Assembly (NCBI GenBank): GCA_963737265.1
Contig: CAVTRY010000011.1
Location: 1,056,001 to 1,120,000, forward strand
Reading direction: 5' to 3'
DNA from: an uncultured delta proteobacterium
Lineage (GTDB): Bacteria > Myxococcota_A > Polyangia > Fen-1088
Length of the DNA: 64,000 bases
Part shown: piece by piece, positions 62,182-64,000 of the stretch
Position numbering within the stretch: position 1 is the first letter of the stretch
How the letters are laid out: every line of letters begins with the position of its first letter
Program-made: the position numbers and the translations under genes
Notes under the pieces: generated by a model
Seen by the model: only the letters and a program-made list of their open reading frames with translations
Database searches by the model: none
Told to the model about the DNA's origin: nothing

Positions 62182-62637
62182 TCAGCCATCAACCAGCTCG
62201 GCGCGGCCGCCCTTCTTTTCGATTTTATCTTTCGCGCTTGCCGAGAACGCATCGGCCTTGACCACGAATTTCTTGGTCAGCTCGCCATTGCCCAGCACCT
62301 TCACGCGATCGCAGCGACGCGGCACCAGTCCGACGTGGTGCAGCTCGGCCAAGGTCACCGTGCCAGCTTCGAAGCGCTCATCGATATCGGACAGATTCAC
62401 CGCGAAGATCTCCTTGCGGAAAATGTTCTTGAACCCCTTCTTGGGAAGCCGCCGCTGCATCGGCATCTGGCCACCTTCGAAACCAAAACGCGCGCCATGG
62501 TGACCGGTGCGGGCCTTCTGGCCCTTCACACCGCGCCCGGATTGCTCGCCGGTTCCCGAACCAGGGCCGCGTCCCACGCGCTTGCGATTTTTCGTCGCAC
62601 CCCGCGGTCCCTTCAAATTCTGCAACGTCGTACCCAT
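62182..62637 (-). CDS. rplO: 50S ribosomal protein L15
   Basis: RVGRGPGSG..FEGGQMP..RLPK. Confidence 0.97.
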   Translation of the reverse strand: MGTTLQNLKGPRGATKNRKRVGRGPGSGTGEQSGRGVKGQKARTGHHGARFGFEGGQMPMQRRLPKKGFKNIFRKEIFAVNLSDIDERFEAGTVTLAELHHVGLVPRRCDRVKVLGNGELTKKFVVKADAFSASAKDKIEKKGGRAELVDG

Positions 62638-62670
62638 GTCTAGCTACCTTTCGGAAATCGTGTGCGTTCT

Positions 62671-62856
62671 TTACTCCGCCGCTTCGACCTTCACCAGGTG
62701 AAATACGGAGCGGATCATCCCGCGCACCGCGGGATTGTCGGGCAACACCACCGTGCGGCCGTGCTTGCCGAGTCCAAGCTTCGCAATGGTCAGCTTGTGC
62801 TGTTCCGGGCGGTTGATGCCGCTGCGTACGAGAGTGACTTTCAATTTCGTTGCCAT
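62671..62856 (-). CDS. rpmD: 50S ribosomal protein L30
   Basis: KVTLVRS..LGL..VRGMI..V.HLV. Confidence 0.95.
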   Translation of the reverse strand: MATKLKVTLVRSGINRPEQHKLTIAKLGLGKHGRTVVLPDNPAVRGMIRSVFHLVKVEAAE

Positions 62857-62859
62857 GAG

Positions 62860-63366
62860 CTACCCCACTGCCAGGATTTCTTCAAGGCGCTTTCCGCGCA
62901 AAGCAGCCACGGCCTCGCCGCTGCTGAGCCGCTTGAGAGCGTCAATCGTGGCGTGAATGACATTGTGAGGATTAGAGGTTCCGATGCACTTGGTGAGAAT
63001 ATCCTGCACCCCGGCGACTTCCAGCACCGGACGAACCGCGCCGCCGGCAATAACGCCGGTTCCCGGACTTGCCGGGCGCAACACGACGGTGCCCGCCCCG
63101 AACGTTCCCTTGACCTCGTGCGGAATAGTGTGCCCAGCCAAGGGAATCTTGAATAGACTCTTCTTGGCTTGCTCCGTTCCCTTGCGGATGGCCTCGGGAA
63201 CTTCGTTGGCCTTACCCAGGCCAGCTCCGACGTAGCCGTGCTGATCTCCGACAACGACCAAGGCCGAAAACGAAAACCGCCGGCCGCCCTTGACGACCTT
63301 CGCCACGCGGTTGATGAAGACGACGCTGTCGACGAGCTCGCCGACCTCTTCGTAGTTAATCGCCAT
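62860..63366 (-). CDS. rpsE: 30S ribosomal protein S5
   Basis: [16 protein letters not shown]. Confidence 0.98.
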   Translation of the reverse strand: MAINYEEVGELVDSVVFINRVAKVVKGGRRFSFSALVVVGDQHGYVGAGLGKANEVPEAIRKGTEQAKKSLFKIPLAGHTIPHEVKGTFGAGTVVLRPASPGTGVIAGGAVRPVLEVAGVQDILTKCIGTSNPHNVIHATIDALKRLSSGEAVAALRGKRLEEILAVG

Positions 63367-63414
63367 TCTTGCTCCTAGACCTCAGTGCCTTTGTAACTGC
63401 CACTCTGAAACCTT

Positions 63415-63786
63415 CTAAAACTTCAACCCTGCTTCGCGTGCGCCGTCGGCAACGGACGACACCCGGCCGTGGTACCGATAGCCCGCCCGATCGAACACCA
63501 CGGAAGAGATGCCCTTTTCCTGGCACTTCTTGGCCACCAGCGCGCCGACCTGCTTGGCCCGATCGCGCTTCTTTCCCTTGGGCGCGTCTGCCGGTACATC
63601 CTTTTTCGGAATAAGGTCGGACGCAGCCACAATGGTCTTGTTGCCCAAGTCGTCAATGACCTGAGCGTAGATATGACGGGCACTGCGATAGACAACCAAC
63701 CGCGGGCGTTCCGGCGTGCCCGCCAGACGCTTCCGCAACGAACGGTGTCTCCGTCTACGCGAGTCGAATTTGCTCTTGCTAGCCAT
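63415..63786 (-). CDS. rplR: 50S ribosomal protein L18
   Basis: RPRLVVYRS..YAQVIDD..YHGRV..AREAGL. Confidence 0.97.
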   Translation of the reverse strand: MASKSKFDSRRRRHRSLRKRLAGTPERPRLVVYRSARHIYAQVIDDLGNKTIVAASDLIPKKDVPADAPKGKKRDRAKQVGALVAKKCQEKGISSVVFDRAGYRYHGRVSSVADGAREAGLKF

Positions 63787-63825
63787 GCGTTATCTTCTTC
63801 CAGCTTGGTCCGGTTACCTAGGCGA

Positions 63826-64000
63826 CTAACCGCCACCGCCCGTGGCAGCAGCCTTGCCAACCTTCTTCTTAATGACTTCCTCGGCGTACTTCACACCCTT
63901 ACCCTTGTAGGGCTCGGGGGCGCGCAGCTCGCGCAGCTTCGCCGCGGTCTGCCCGAGAGTGTCCTTGTCCGCGGAGGTTAGAATCAAGCGATTCTTCTCG
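63826..64000 (-). CDS. rplF: 50S ribosomal protein L6, partial (3' end)
   Basis: [17 protein letters not shown]. Confidence 0.93.
   Translation of the reverse strand, partial: EKNRLILTSADKDTLGQTAAKLRELRAPEPYKGKGVKYAEEVIKKKVGKAAATGGGG

Overview
High-GC bacterial chromosome segment, probably Myxococcota (inferred from a Gly-rich lipoprotein, an MshEN protein, DUF4388/DUF4398 proteins and a stand-alone export-gate cluster). 1-21.5 kb is a decaying defence/mobile island: an IS21 element, two VapBC modules and a ruined type I R-M locus (hsdM split by an IS3 element and internally deleted, intact hsdS, no hsdR). Nested in it are an AbiD/AbiF HEPN cassette with a promoter-hairpin RNA-terminator leader, and a 4,584-bp IS1595-family cargo transposon (24-bp perfect TIRs, 8-bp TSD) inside a DUF3644 gene. 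That transposon is the top candidate for an undescribed system. It carries an RHH-like regulator, the transposase, a single-chain R-M-S enzyme ending in a RelB-like antitoxin tail, a coupled RelE toxin and a micro-ORF, under twin leaderless promoters. 22.8-64 kb is core genome: parAB, comEC, tRNA-Pro, M16 protease, pyrKD, glnB-GSIII, psd, a sigma70 factor, fmt, priA, fliOPQR-flhB (FlhB lacks NPTH) and the alpha/spc ribosomal operons. Single-base frameshifts in several core genes suggest assembly indel errors, so fusion and split calls need read-level checks. All family assignments are from motif recognition, not database searches.
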